This document shows positions 27,373-36,039 of a stretch of DNA of 64,000 bases, in pieces (the first letter of the stretch is position 1; the number at the start of each line of letters is the position of its first letter). The DNA comes from Acidimicrobiia bacterium (GTDB taxonomy: Bacteria; Actinomycetota; Acidimicrobiia; Spongiisociales; ZC4RG35): positions 563-64,562 of the forward strand of contig DASPGH010000051.1 of the NCBI GenBank assembly GCA_035620735.1. The letters are read 5' to 3'. The notes below the pieces were generated by a model. The model was not told the DNA's origin. It did not search any database and saw nothing but the letters and a program-made list of their open reading frames with translations. The translations under genes and the position numbers were made by a program.

Positions 27373-27909
27373 ATGACTGCCACTACCCCGGACACCCGCC
27401 TCCCTGAGGTAGATGTCCCCCACAAGAAGAGCTTTGTCTTGCTCGCAACGGCAATCCTGGCTCTGGTCGTCGGATTCGGAGCGATGGCTGGTGGCATTTT
27501 CGGCGCTTGGTACACATGGGACCAGGCCGCCGCACAGAATGTCGTCACCCCCGATGACGCGGCCATCCCGGAGACCCCCGTGCGTGGGCCGTTCACGATG
27601 TGGGCCCAGGCAGACATCATCACCCACCATCAGTTGGAGAACACCGACGGTCTCTACTACGCCGAAATGGACCGCACGGTCCCCCAGGTCGACGAGAACG
27701 GTGAGGTTGTCCTCGACGAGAACGGTGAAGCGGTGATGGTTCCAAATGAGGCACGTGCCTCATGGCTGAACGCAACCACACTGACCACGGCCCTGAGCCT
27801 CGGAATCGTGTCCTATGCGCTGGCGGCTTTCGCCTTCGTCACTGGACTGACTCTGGTAGCAGTGGGATTCGTGTTCCTTCAGATCCGCAAGAAGGCCGTG
27901 CTGCTCTAA
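27373..27909 (+). CDS. hypothetical membrane protein (N- and C-terminal TM helices, exported middle)
   Basis: 178 aa with a strong RBS (TAAGGAGG), good third-position GC and a terminator downstream. No family was recognised. Confidence 0.6.
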   Translation: MTATTPDTRLPEVDVPHKKSFVLLATAILALVVGFGAMAGGIFGAWYTWDQAAAQNVVTPDDAAIPETPVRGPFTMWAQADIITHHQLENTDGLYYAEMDRTVPQVDENGEVVLDENGEAVMVPNEARASWLNATTLTTALSLGIVSYALAAFAFVTGLTLVAVGFVFLQIRKKAVLL

Positions 27910-27917
27910 GCGCAGGT

Positions 27918-28571
27918 CTACGAGCGAGCAAGCGAACAGGCCCCCCGATCGGGGGGGCCTGTTCTCTTCTGTCTGAGACTCAGCGACGGTCGCGACGCAG
28001 AAGGGTCCTGACTGCGGAGTTCTTCCAGATATTGCGCCACTCCCTCCATTGGCGGCGCTTGTCGACCAGGGCTGATCGCTGCGGGACGGGGCCCTTTCGA
28101 CCCGTAGGTCGCGGCCAACTCGGTGAGCATATGGGTCCAGATCTTGTCCTCGAGCCTCGATGTGTAGATGTGGAACGACACTTCGTAGAGCGGGTCGTTC
28201 GCCCGGACCATGAGATCGATACGGGCCCTGGTCGCCCCCTCGGCTTCATGAGCGCTGAACGTGATGATGGCCGTCCAGGGGTGGCCTTCTGGTGTCATGT
28301 GGGTCCACGAACGCTCGTCGGCATAAATGACCCTGACACCGCTGATCACCTTGGTCGGGCCGCGACCGCCGGCGATGATGGCGACCTGGCCCGGCGCAAT
28401 GCCACCCACCGGCGCATAGAACTTGTTGTCCGGGTACCAAAGGTCACCGAATTTGGCCATCCAGGTCTCGGTGACCTCCTCGGGTGACGGGCCCGGGACC
28501 GGGATCCCGTACGACTTCTGCCAGAGCCGGCCGTCCGTGAAGTGGCCCGGTGGGCTTGCGACCTTCGACAT
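27918..28571 (-). CDS. conserved hypothetical protein (DUF1990-like pattern), probable frameshift near its 3' end
   Basis: ORF 27918..28643, with ATG 28571 chosen. The middle segment VRVIYADERSWTHMTPEGHPWTAIITFSA resembles DUF1990. After the GGGCCCC run (28088-28094) a different frame has better codon bias and stops at 27980, outside the terminator. Confidence 0.45.
   Translation of the reverse strand: MSKVASPPGHFTDGRLWQKSYGIPVPGPSPEEVTETWMAKFGDLWYPDNKFYAPVGGIAPGQVAIIAGGRGPTKVISGVRVIYADERSWTHMTPEGHPWTAIITFSAHEAEGATRARIDLMVRANDPLYEVSFHIYTSRLEDKIWTHMLTELAATYGSKGPRPAAISPGRQAPPMEGVAQYLEELRSQDPSASRPSLSLRQKRTGPPDRGACSLARS
27933..27970 (+). terminator. intrinsic terminator
   Basis: 13-bp stem GAACAGGCCCCCC gatcg GGGGGGCCTGTTC followed by a T-rich tail (TCTTCTGTCT). 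Confidence 0.7.
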
Positions 28572-28762
28572 TGCCCTTGCCGACACCCTCGATGGTCTCA
28601 TCGACGTGGAACACCTCGATCGGCTTGGCCCAGTTCGGTGCATTTCTCGGCTCGGTCAACACGAACTCCTTTCGATCACGATTTGTACTGCGGGACCGTT
28701 CCCGAACCGTTACGAGACCGGTGACATCGTCTGGTGACGAAGATGAGCCACAATCAGACCCA

Positions 28763-30151
28763 ATGACGGACTTCGATGCCACGGTCGTGGGCGCCGGGCC
28801 CAACGGCCTGGCTGCAGCGGTCGAACTGGCCCGCTCGGGCAGAAAAACGCTCCTCGTAGAAGCAGCCCGCGAGATCGGCGGGGGCACCCGCACCGCGGAG
28901 CTGACACTTCCAGGATTCCGTCATGACGTTTGCTCGGCGATCCATCCAGCCGGTGTCGCATCTCCCTACTTCAACGAAATCGACCTCGAGGTCGATTGGG
29001 TCCGATCTCCGATCCCCTTGAGCCATCCTCTCGATGGCGGACGGGTGGCTGTATTGCATCGGTCGGTCGATGAGACGGCGTCCGGACTTGGCGAGGACGA
29101 AGCCTCCTACCGTCGGCTGATGGAGCCGATCGTCGAACAGATCGATGAGTACCTCGACGTTGCACTCGGACCGGTGAAAGTGGTGCCAGACCATCCCGGC
29201 GCTTTCACCAGACTCGGACTCATAGGTGGGCTGCCCGTAGCCGCCCTCGCCAAGCGCTTCGACACCGAGGAGGGAAAAGGGCTCTTCTCAGGCATTGCCG
29301 CGCATGCCATCGCACCCTTTCACGGTCTGGCCACGTCTGCAGTGGGCCTCATGCTCGGGGCCATCGCCCACAGCCACGGGTGGCCGCTTGCCCGCGGTGG
29401 CTCCCGGTCGATCACAGAGGCGCTGGCTGCCCGCTTCGAAGAGCTCGGAGGCAAAATCGAACTGGACCGGGAGATCGACTCAGTCGATGACCTGCCCCCG
29501 GGTCCGATCTTCCTCGATGTCATGCCTCCGGCGGCTCACCGCATCGCCCGGACCCGCATAGCACCGGCGAAGGCTCGCCAGCTCTCCCGGTGGCGTCCGG
29601 GACCCGCCGTCTTCAAGGTGGACTGGGCCCTGGACGAGCCGATTCCCTGGGCCGATCCCTCGAGTCGACAGGCCGCCACCGTTCATCTTGGTGGACGGTA
29701 CGCCGAAGTCGCTGCCTCAGAGCGCGCCGTCGCCCGCGGGGACCACCCCAAACGACCATTCGTGCTCCTTGCCCAGCCGTCACTGTTCGATGATTCACGG
29801 GCTCCCGACGGCAAACACACTGCCTGGGCCTACTGCCACGTCCCCAACGGATCCGTTGTTGACATGACCGACGCCGTCGAGAATCAGGTCGAGCGGTTCG
29901 CACCCGGGTTCAAGGAGATCATCTTGGAACGCGCCACCCGTGATGCGATGGGATACCAGGCATACAACCCCAACTACATCGGCGGCGATATCGGAGGGGG
30001 TCAGTACGGATTGAGGAAGGTCCTTCAGATCGGGGCGGAGTCGCCTTACTCACTGGGCGGAGACGTCTATCTGTGCTCTGCAGCCACCCCACCGGGAGCC
30101 GGTGTTCACGGGATGTGTGGGTATCACGCCGTACGCGCGGCGTTGGATTGA
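28763..30151 (+). CDS. NAD(P)/FAD-dependent oxidoreductase, phytoene-desaturase (CrtI-like) family
   Basis: ATG 28763 gives MTDFDATVVGAGPNGLAAAVELARSGRKTLLVE (Rossmann GxGxxG). The C-terminal part is CrtI-like (YLCSAATPPGAGVHG). The ORF upstream of 28763 is noise. Confidence 0.8.
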   Translation: MTDFDATVVGAGPNGLAAAVELARSGRKTLLVEAAREIGGGTRTAELTLPGFRHDVCSAIHPAGVASPYFNEIDLEVDWVRSPIPLSHPLDGGRVAVLHRSVDETASGLGEDEASYRRLMEPIVEQIDEYLDVALGPVKVVPDHPGAFTRLGLIGGLPVAALAKRFDTEEGKGLFSGIAAHAIAPFHGLATSAVGLMLGAIAHSHGWPLARGGSRSITEALAARFEELGGKIELDREIDSVDDLPPGPIFLDVMPPAAHRIARTRIAPAKARQLSRWRPGPAVFKVDWALDEPIPWADPSSRQAATVHLGGRYAEVAASERAVARGDHPKRPFVLLAQPSLFDDSRAPDGKHTAWAYCHVPNGSVVDMTDAVENQVERFAPGFKEIILERATRDAMGYQAYNPNYIGGDIGGGQYGLRKVLQIGAESPYSLGGDVYLCSAATPPGAGVHGMCGYHAVRAALD

Positions 30152-30172
30152 CCGGTAGACGTCTCGACCCGC

Positions 30173-30208
30173 GTGCACACCGTTGCGCGCAACGCAACGT
30201 TGTGCACC
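30173..30208 (+). terminator. stem-loop downstream of the oxidoreductase gene
   Basis: GTGCACAcCGTTG ... CAACGtTGTGCAC forms a 13-bp stem with one mismatch. An inner perfect palindrome CGTTGCGCGCAACG is present. There is no clear U-tail. Confidence 0.4.
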
Positions 30209-30229
30209 GGCAAGATCTCATTTGCGAGC

Positions 30230-30536
30230 TCACCCGGCGACCGCCGAGACCTCGTCGTCATAGATGCCGATTGCCTCGTCGAGACGGGTGAGGTTGAAGA
30301 TCTGGCAATAGTTCTCGGTGAGACCGTATGCCCGAAGGGCATGTCCCGCTCGTTGCGCCCGTATCAGAGTCGTCACCAACAGTCCTATACCGCCACTGTT
30401 CATCTACTCGAGACCCTCTAAGTTGAGGATGACGGCTGTCGCCCCCGTCTCCTGGCGTCTCGTGTGCCTCGCTGGGAGCCTGAAGTGTGGCTCTTGCGGG
30501 AGTGGAAGCGCCGGAACTACCCCGTATCGGCCTTCA
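30230..30536 (-). pseudogene. STAS-domain anti-sigma-factor antagonist (SpoIIAA/RsbV-like) pseudogene
   Basis: My own translation gives ...TGATAVILNLEGLE-TAG-MNSGGIGLLVTTLIRAQRAGHALRAYGLTENYCQIFNLTRLDEAIGIYDDEVSAVAG. The in-frame TAG (30404-30406) sits where Y/F is normally found. The upstream part is degenerate, and the only ATG (30536) is in another frame. Confidence 0.6.
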
Positions 30537-30566
30537 TGAAAACCGCTTCGATCGTTTCTCGAGTTT

Positions 30567-31619
30567 TCAGCCCATCAACCCCCGCACCCTGTCCACTGGT
30601 AGTGCGTGGGCCGTGCGGCCCCTCTGGCCCGTCGTGGTCTCGGCTGCACATAGTGCGTTGAGAATGGACTCCTCGGTGGCATCGGCTACCGCATGGAAGA
30701 GTCCGTCCATATGGCTCATGGGCATCACCTCGACCTTCCATGGCACATCCCTCGACAGAAGACGGTTCCCACTGGCGAATGTGAGGAAGATGTCGCCACT
30801 GGAGTCGTGCCCGTATCCGCCGACTCTCCCCAGCCCGATGGCGATCCTCTTCGCCAGACGTTGGCATTGGATCGGGATGAGTGGAGCGTCGGTGCCCGCC
30901 ACGGCGATGATCGACCCGCCGCGAGGCGGCTCGTCCCAGGCAGATGGCACCTCGTCGGTTCCGATGAAACGGCCGATGGGCACACCGTCGATGCGGAGGT
31001 CCTCACGTCTGCCGTAGTTCGCCTGGACCAGGACTCCCAGTGTGTAGGTGCCGGACTTGGTCTCGACGATTCGCGATGAGGTGCCGATCCCTCCTTTGAA
31101 CTCGTGGCAGATCATCCCTGTGCCCCCACCGACCCCGCCCTCCGCCACCGGGCCTTCGGCCGCCGACTCAAGAGCCTGTCGGACGTGGCCCTCGGTCAGC
31201 GGGAAAGAGTCGGCGTCACTGAGCCATCCGTCCCAAGTCTCCGCCACCACCGGTAGGTGGAAGGCGTCGACGCCTCCCGACTCCACGGCCAGTCTGACCA
31301 AGGCATCACGGACCAATCCAACTTGATGGGTGCTGGTGATCCCGATGGGCGAGTCGATGAGCCCGGTCTCCTCGATCCAGGGGATGCCAGTCATCTCACC
31401 GTTCCCGCTGAAGTTGTGATAGCCGGCAAATGCGGTTTCGGTCCACCCGTCACCCGCCCGGGGGACAATCACTGTGACCCCCGTCCTGACCACACTGGGC
31501 TCGTCCCGGACCAGGCTCGAGTGCCCCACCTGCACACCGGGCACATCGGTGATGGCATTGTTGGGCCCGGTCGGAAGCGTCCCGATCTCCACTCCGAGGT
31601 CTCTGAGTCTTGGTCTCAT
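30567..31619 (-). CDS. P1/S58 family peptidase (DmpA-type L-aminopeptidase/D-esterase)
   Basis: 350 aa with the N-terminus IGTLPTGPNNAITDVPGVQVGH and GGTGMICHEFKGGIGTSS (self-processing Gly-Ser/Thr region). Confidence 0.85.
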   Translation of the reverse strand: MRPRLRDLGVEIGTLPTGPNNAITDVPGVQVGHSSLVRDEPSVVRTGVTVIVPRAGDGWTETAFAGYHNFSGNGEMTGIPWIEETGLIDSPIGITSTHQVGLVRDALVRLAVESGGVDAFHLPVVAETWDGWLSDADSFPLTEGHVRQALESAAEGPVAEGGVGGGTGMICHEFKGGIGTSSRIVETKSGTYTLGVLVQANYGRREDLRIDGVPIGRFIGTDEVPSAWDEPPRGGSIIAVAGTDAPLIPIQCQRLAKRIAIGLGRVGGYGHDSSGDIFLTFASGNRLLSRDVPWKVEVMPMSHMDGLFHAVADATEESILNALCAAETTTGQRGRTAHALPVDRVRGLMG

Positions 31620-31685
31620 CGGCAGCGGGGAACCTACTTCTCACGAGTACCGTGCCGCGTTCATGAGACCCGTTTGGTCCCTGAC

Positions 31686-32990
31686 ATGACTTCGTTGTTC
31701 GCTCGGGGGGTGGGGTTGCCCGGGGCGCAGCGAGCCGAGGGATGTTGGATAATCGACACCGCTGGTAATCGCTACCTCGACGGAGCCTCCGGGGCCCTCG
31801 TCGTCAACCTTGGGCACAACGACTCGAGAGTGAACTCGGCGATTCTCCGACAGCTCGACGCTGTCGCCTACGTGCACTCGACTGCGTTCAATTCCGATGT
31901 GCTGGAGGAATATGCTTCGTTGCTCGCCTCCAAGCTTCCCATGGACGACCCGACCATCTACCCGGTGTCGGGAGGTTCGGAAGCGGTGGAGACCGCTCTC
32001 AAAGTGGCGAGGGCGTTCCATCTGGCCAACGACGAGCCCGAGCGGACCGTGTTCATCGGGCGCGAGCTCTCCTATCACGGGAACACAGTGGGTGCCCTCG
32101 ACGTCTCGGGCCGCCAGTCGCTGCGCGATCCCTACCTGCCATGGCTGGGTCGGGCCGGTCGAGTCCCCGGCGTGCTCGAGTACCGATGCCCCAATCCAGG
32201 ACACCCACAGGACTGCGCCGAATGGCACGCACGCGCTCTGCAGGCCGAGATCGAGCGTGTGGGACCGGCGCAGGTCGCCGCCTTCATCGCCGAGCCCATC
32301 GGTGGCGCCGCCAGCGGTGCCGCGATGCCGCCTGCCGGCTACTGGGACGCCGTGGTAGAGACATGCCGACGGCACGGGATCCTGGTGATAGCGGATGAGG
32401 TCATGACCGGATTCGGTCGAACTGGCGAATGGTTCGCCTCCGAGCACTTCGGCCTGCAACCCGACATCATGACCATGGCCAAAGGCGCCTCCAGCGGATA
32501 TTGGCCCCTTGGCGTTTGTGCCATGTCCCGAAGGGTCTCCGACACCCTCGAAGACACCGATTTCATCCACGGCTTCACCTTCTCCCATCACATGGTGGGT
32601 GCTGTGACAGGGCGGGCCGTGATCAAGCGGCTGGATGAGCTTCGGCTCGTGGAGCGAGCCGAGGAGCGTGGCTTTCTCCTCGGAGACGCCCTCACCTCGC
32701 TGATCGGTGAGAGTCCCCTGGTGGGTGATGTGCGGGGCATCGGTCTGCTTTGGGCGGTCGAGATCGTGGAGGATCGAAGCCAGAGGACGCCATTCCCGGC
32801 TGCACAACGCATGGCTGCCCGACTCACCCGGGCCGCCCGAGCGAAGGGTCTTCTCGTCTACCCATCCACCGGATGCGCAGGGGGAGGCACGGGTGACCTG
32901 ATCATGATCGGCCCTCCTCTCGTCGTTTCCGAACCCGAGATCGAGACGCTGGCCGATCGGCTGGCTGCTGCACTGAAGGAGCTGGAATGA
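31686..32990 (+). CDS. class III (omega) aminotransferase
   Basis: ATG 31686 within ORF 31257..32990. It has the PLP motifs SGGSEAVETALK and DEVMTGFGRTGEWFA, and MAKG as the Lys site. Confidence 0.85.
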   Translation: MTSLFARGVGLPGAQRAEGCWIIDTAGNRYLDGASGALVVNLGHNDSRVNSAILRQLDAVAYVHSTAFNSDVLEEYASLLASKLPMDDPTIYPVSGGSEAVETALKVARAFHLANDEPERTVFIGRELSYHGNTVGALDVSGRQSLRDPYLPWLGRAGRVPGVLEYRCPNPGHPQDCAEWHARALQAEIERVGPAQVAAFIAEPIGGAASGAAMPPAGYWDAVVETCRRHGILVIADEVMTGFGRTGEWFASEHFGLQPDIMTMAKGASSGYWPLGVCAMSRRVSDTLEDTDFIHGFTFSHHMVGAVTGRAVIKRLDELRLVERAEERGFLLGDALTSLIGESPLVGDVRGIGLLWAVEIVEDRSQRTPFPAAQRMAARLTRAARAKGLLVYPSTGCAGGGTGDLIMIGPPLVVSEPEIETLADRLAAALKELE

Positions 32991-34048
32991 GTCTCATCGC
33001 CGTTTGGTCGAAAGAGGCCCTGGCCCACGATCCAGAGGGAGAGGTCTGGATCGGACTTCCCATCGAGGGAGACGAGACCCCCGAGCGGGGAAACGTCTTG
33101 AAGGATGCGATCGATCAGATGGGTCTCGAGGTGGTCGAGCCCCACGAGCACGGCGATGACCCCATCACCGCGGTCCACGACCCGGGCATGCTCACCTATC
33201 TGGAGACTGCCTACGCGGAGTGGGTCGCTGCGGGCTACACCGTGGACCCCGGACAGGACCGTGTCGTCGCCTATGCATTCAGGCATCCCGGGGCGTTCGG
33301 CCATGTTGCCAACCGTCTCCCCTCCAGTCGGTCAGCGATGGCGGGCGTCTACTGCATGGATACCTGCACGGTGCTGGGGCCCAATTCCTACCGCGGAATC
33401 CGCTACGCCGTCGACGCCTCGCTGACCGCCGCCGACCTCGTGCTCAGCACCGGTAGTCATGCCTACGCCGCCGTGCGTCCACCTGGCCATCATGCCGGGA
33501 CCGACTACTTCGGGGGATCCTGCTATCTGAACAATGCCGCCATCGCCGCCAACTACCTGGCGTCGTCGGGCGGCTCGCGTGTCGGCATCGTCGATGTCGA
33601 CGCCCATCACGGCAACGGCACTCAGCAGATCTTCTACGAGCGGGACGACGTCGTCTACACATCAGTTCACGTCGACCCGGGCGAGGGTTGGTTTCCCCAC
33701 TGGTGCGGGTTCGCCGACGAAACGGGAAGCGGCCGCGGCGAAGGACACAACCGAAACTTCCCATTGGCCCCGGGCTCCGGCGACGACGAAGTCGCCCGGG
33801 CCGTCGCACGAGCGGCCGAGATCGTCGTCGACTTCGGAGTCGAGTATCTCGTTGTATCACTCGGGGTCGACTCGGGAGCCAACGATGAGAACTCCCCGTT
33901 CGGTGTGACCACCGAAGGGTTCGGACACGTCGGCGACCTGCTCCTGAGTGTCGGACTCCCCACACTGCTGGTGCAGGAAGGTGGCTATTCGCTTCCCGAC
34001 CTGGCGGCTGACACCTCCGCTGTGCTCCGACGGTTCTCGGGAGTCTGA
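32987..34048 (+). CDS. histone-deacetylase-family amidohydrolase (acetylpolyamine/acetoin-utilisation type)
   Basis: 353 aa with RPPGHHA, VDVDAHHGNGTQQIFY and LVQEGGY motifs. 4-nt overlap with the aminotransferase gene. Confidence 0.85.
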   Translation: MSLIAVWSKEALAHDPEGEVWIGLPIEGDETPERGNVLKDAIDQMGLEVVEPHEHGDDPITAVHDPGMLTYLETAYAEWVAAGYTVDPGQDRVVAYAFRHPGAFGHVANRLPSSRSAMAGVYCMDTCTVLGPNSYRGIRYAVDASLTAADLVLSTGSHAYAAVRPPGHHAGTDYFGGSCYLNNAAIAANYLASSGGSRVGIVDVDAHHGNGTQQIFYERDDVVYTSVHVDPGEGWFPHWCGFADETGSGRGEGHNRNFPLAPGSGDDEVARAVARAAEIVVDFGVEYLVVSLGVDSGANDENSPFGVTTEGFGHVGDLLLSVGLPTLLVQEGGYSLPDLAADTSAVLRRFSGV

Positions 34049-34611
34049 TCGTCCCCGGGCACCCGAGACCTCACCATTCGAGTTCTCGTCTTCTCGCCTT
34101 CTGAGACGAGTCTTTGAGCGGCGAGGACAAAGACGACCACGGTCGTACCCGCATACATGCCGAGCATGAGAGGTGAGTCGGTGTCGGTCCCTGACTGGAT
34201 CCCGTGGAGCAGGGCAGAGAGAAAAACACCGAACGAGGCGAAGTGGATTAGACGCCACGCCCGTTGCCCGATAAAGCGGCGAATGTAGAAGCTCGAGACG
34301 ACGACAGCCAAACCGTAGAGAGCCACCACCCCGAGCCCCACCGCCATCGGTCTCCAGGAGGCGACACCCGGGATGAGGATCTCACTCCAGGAGAACGGAA
34401 GAAACTCATGCACCGAAAGGACCGAAATGTGTACGAGTGTCGCCACCAGTGCCCCCAGCCCCAAAGACTCGTGGAACCACGTCAATGGCCTGGCCTTGAC
34501 CCATCTTCCCATCAGCTTCGTGGACACGAGAAGACCCCAGATCACAGTGCCGCTGAGCAGCATGAACGCGGCGATTCCCGACCCACGAATCAAGAGCCAC
34601 TCGACGCTCAT
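33985..34611 (-). CDS. ferric-reductase-like (MsrQ/YedZ-type) transmembrane protein
   Basis: 208 aa with about 6 TM segments and paired conserved His (WFHESLG...LVHISVLSVHEF; LIHFASF...LLHG). The last 64 nt overlap the convergent deacetylase gene. Confidence 0.7.
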   Translation of the reverse strand: MSVEWLLIRGSGIAAFMLLSGTVIWGLLVSTKLMGRWVKARPLTWFHESLGLGALVATLVHISVLSVHEFLPFSWSEILIPGVASWRPMAVGLGVVALYGLAVVVSSFYIRRFIGQRAWRLIHFASFGVFLSALLHGIQSGTDTDSPLMLGMYAGTTVVVFVLAAQRLVSEGEKTRTRMVRSRVPGDDQTPENRRSTAEVSAARSGSE

Positions 34612-35447
34612 GCCACCAGCTCCACATCATGGGTCCCATAGACCGAACCGTCGTTCCAGATGACGACCGAACCGTGTACCCACGGACATTCGTCGGCCCA
34701 CACCAGTCCGTCGACACCCTGGAGCAGAATCGCCTTGGCGGCTGCCTCCGCCTCGACCGCCGAGCTCGCAACCGCAGTCGCGCTCAGAATCGGGGTCTCG
34801 ACGGGTTCCATGGTGGACGGGTCGATGATGTGACTCACCTCGCGTGAGCCCACTTCCCATCGCCTGCGGGCGATCGAGCTGGTAGCCAGTCCACGCCGGC
34901 CAATGTGGACCTTCGCCACGACATCGCCCCACGGGTCGATGATCGAGGCGACAGTCGCGGTGTCGTTGCTGCGCATGTCGCCGCCGGCGGAAACCACGAC
35001 TGCGAGACCCCGGGCAACAGCCTGGTCACATGCCCAACCTTTGGCGACGCCTCCCAGGTCAAGCGTGGTTCCCGAGCCCAACCTGACCGCTCCGTCGCCG
35101 AAGGTCCAGGAGACCTGGTGTCCCTCCGCCGGGGAGTCGGCAAGCGAGATGACCTCGGGGAACGTGCGGTCGTAGCCCCAGGAGGTGAGTACGCCCCCCA
35201 CGCCGATGTCCACCAGGCCACTCGTCAGCTCTCGCAAGTGCGAGGCGCAGTCGAGAACCTCCGCCATCATCGGGGACACCGATGTCGCACCAGGTGCGCG
35301 GGCGTTGATCGATGAGAGCTCCGAGGTCGGTCGGAATCGACTACAGACCTCTTCGACTTCCTCGAACCACTCCACTACTCCGGTACCATCGGCCTCGACC
35401 CACGCCTCGACGAGAGTTCCCATTGCATCGAACGTGATGTGTCTCAC
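34608..35447 (-). CDS. apbE: FAD:protein FMN transferase
   Basis: 279 aa that begins directly at the conserved FDAMGT core. It has the ApbE pattern DLGGVAKGWA. There is no signal peptide or lipobox. 4-nt overlaps on both sides. Confidence 0.85.
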   Translation of the reverse strand: MRHITFDAMGTLVEAWVEADGTGVVEWFEEVEEVCSRFRPTSELSSINARAPGATSVSPMMAEVLDCASHLRELTSGLVDIGVGGVLTSWGYDRTFPEVISLADSPAEGHQVSWTFGDGAVRLGSGTTLDLGGVAKGWACDQAVARGLAVVVSAGGDMRSNDTATVASIIDPWGDVVAKVHIGRRGLATSSIARRRWEVGSREVSHIIDPSTMEPVETPILSATAVASSAVEAEAAAKAILLQGVDGLVWADECPWVHGSVVIWNDGSVYGTHDVELVA

Positions 35448-35746
35448 GATCCGGCGCTTCGGGGTTGTGGCGGACTGACACCGGGAGGGTTCGCCACCGG
35501 CTCCACCACCACCGTCACCGGCTGATTCCTTTCCTCACGTGGAGGGCGGATGATGACCAAGCCGTTGGAAGGCATCTCCGGGATCGATACTTCGTTGATT
35601 GAGTCGACGACTGCTCTCTGCTGCGGGTCTGGCTCACCAGGATCTGCCACCTGCTGTGGTGGGGCGATCACGGTGGTTCCCCAGGTGACCGCGGCACCGG
35701 TCCAGACCGCGATGGCGGCCACACGGAACGGACTGAACCGACTCAT
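35444..35746 (-). CDS. hypothetical signal-anchored protein (100 aa, Pro-rich)
   Basis: N-terminal hydrophobic segment FRVAAIAVWTGAAVTWGTTVIA. Translationally coupled on both sides. No family was recognised. Confidence 0.5.
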   Translation of the reverse strand: MSRFSPFRVAAIAVWTGAAVTWGTTVIAPPQQVADPGEPDPQQRAVVDSINEVSIPEMPSNGLVIIRPPREERNQPVTVVVEPVANPPGVSPPQPRSAGS

Positions 35747-36039
35747 CCTGTTCCCGGTGTATCTGTTGGGAAGGCAGCACCGTGCGACACGAGGACCCGC
35801 ACGATCTCCGGGGCCAGGTCCCTCGAGGCACCAGCCGCGAGCAGATCAGAAGGGGCGGCAGCCAGGACCCGCTCCACCGAGTCGTCCAGCGTCGAAGCCA
35901 TCTCCGGTTGTGTCACGAACGATGGCTCAGAGGCGATCGGGGGCACGTCCCCGGAGTTCAGAGAGCCGTTGAGGGCGACGAGACCGGCGATGAGCACCGC
36001 GGCGCCGAACAGGGCCACGCTTCGATCGACATCCATCAA
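35743..36039 (-). CDS. hypothetical signal-anchored protein (98 aa)
   Basis: N-terminal TM segment VALFGAAVLIAGLVAL. It contains LLAAGASRD, the nearest thing in the operon to an ApbE target motif. Coupled on both sides. Confidence 0.5.
   Translation of the reverse strand: MMDVDRSVALFGAAVLIAGLVALNGSLNSGDVPPIASEPSFVTQPEMASTLDDSVERVLAAAPSDLLAAGASRDLAPEIVRVLVSHGAAFPTDTPGTG

Noticed and set aside
30404-30406. The in-frame TAG in the STAS gene as evidence of stop-codon recoding.
   Set aside because: The rest of the gene is also damaged, with a degenerate N-terminus and no in-frame start. Other genes in the window use TAG as an ordinary stop, for example 27190-27192. A nonsense mutation in a decaying gene is the simpler explanation.
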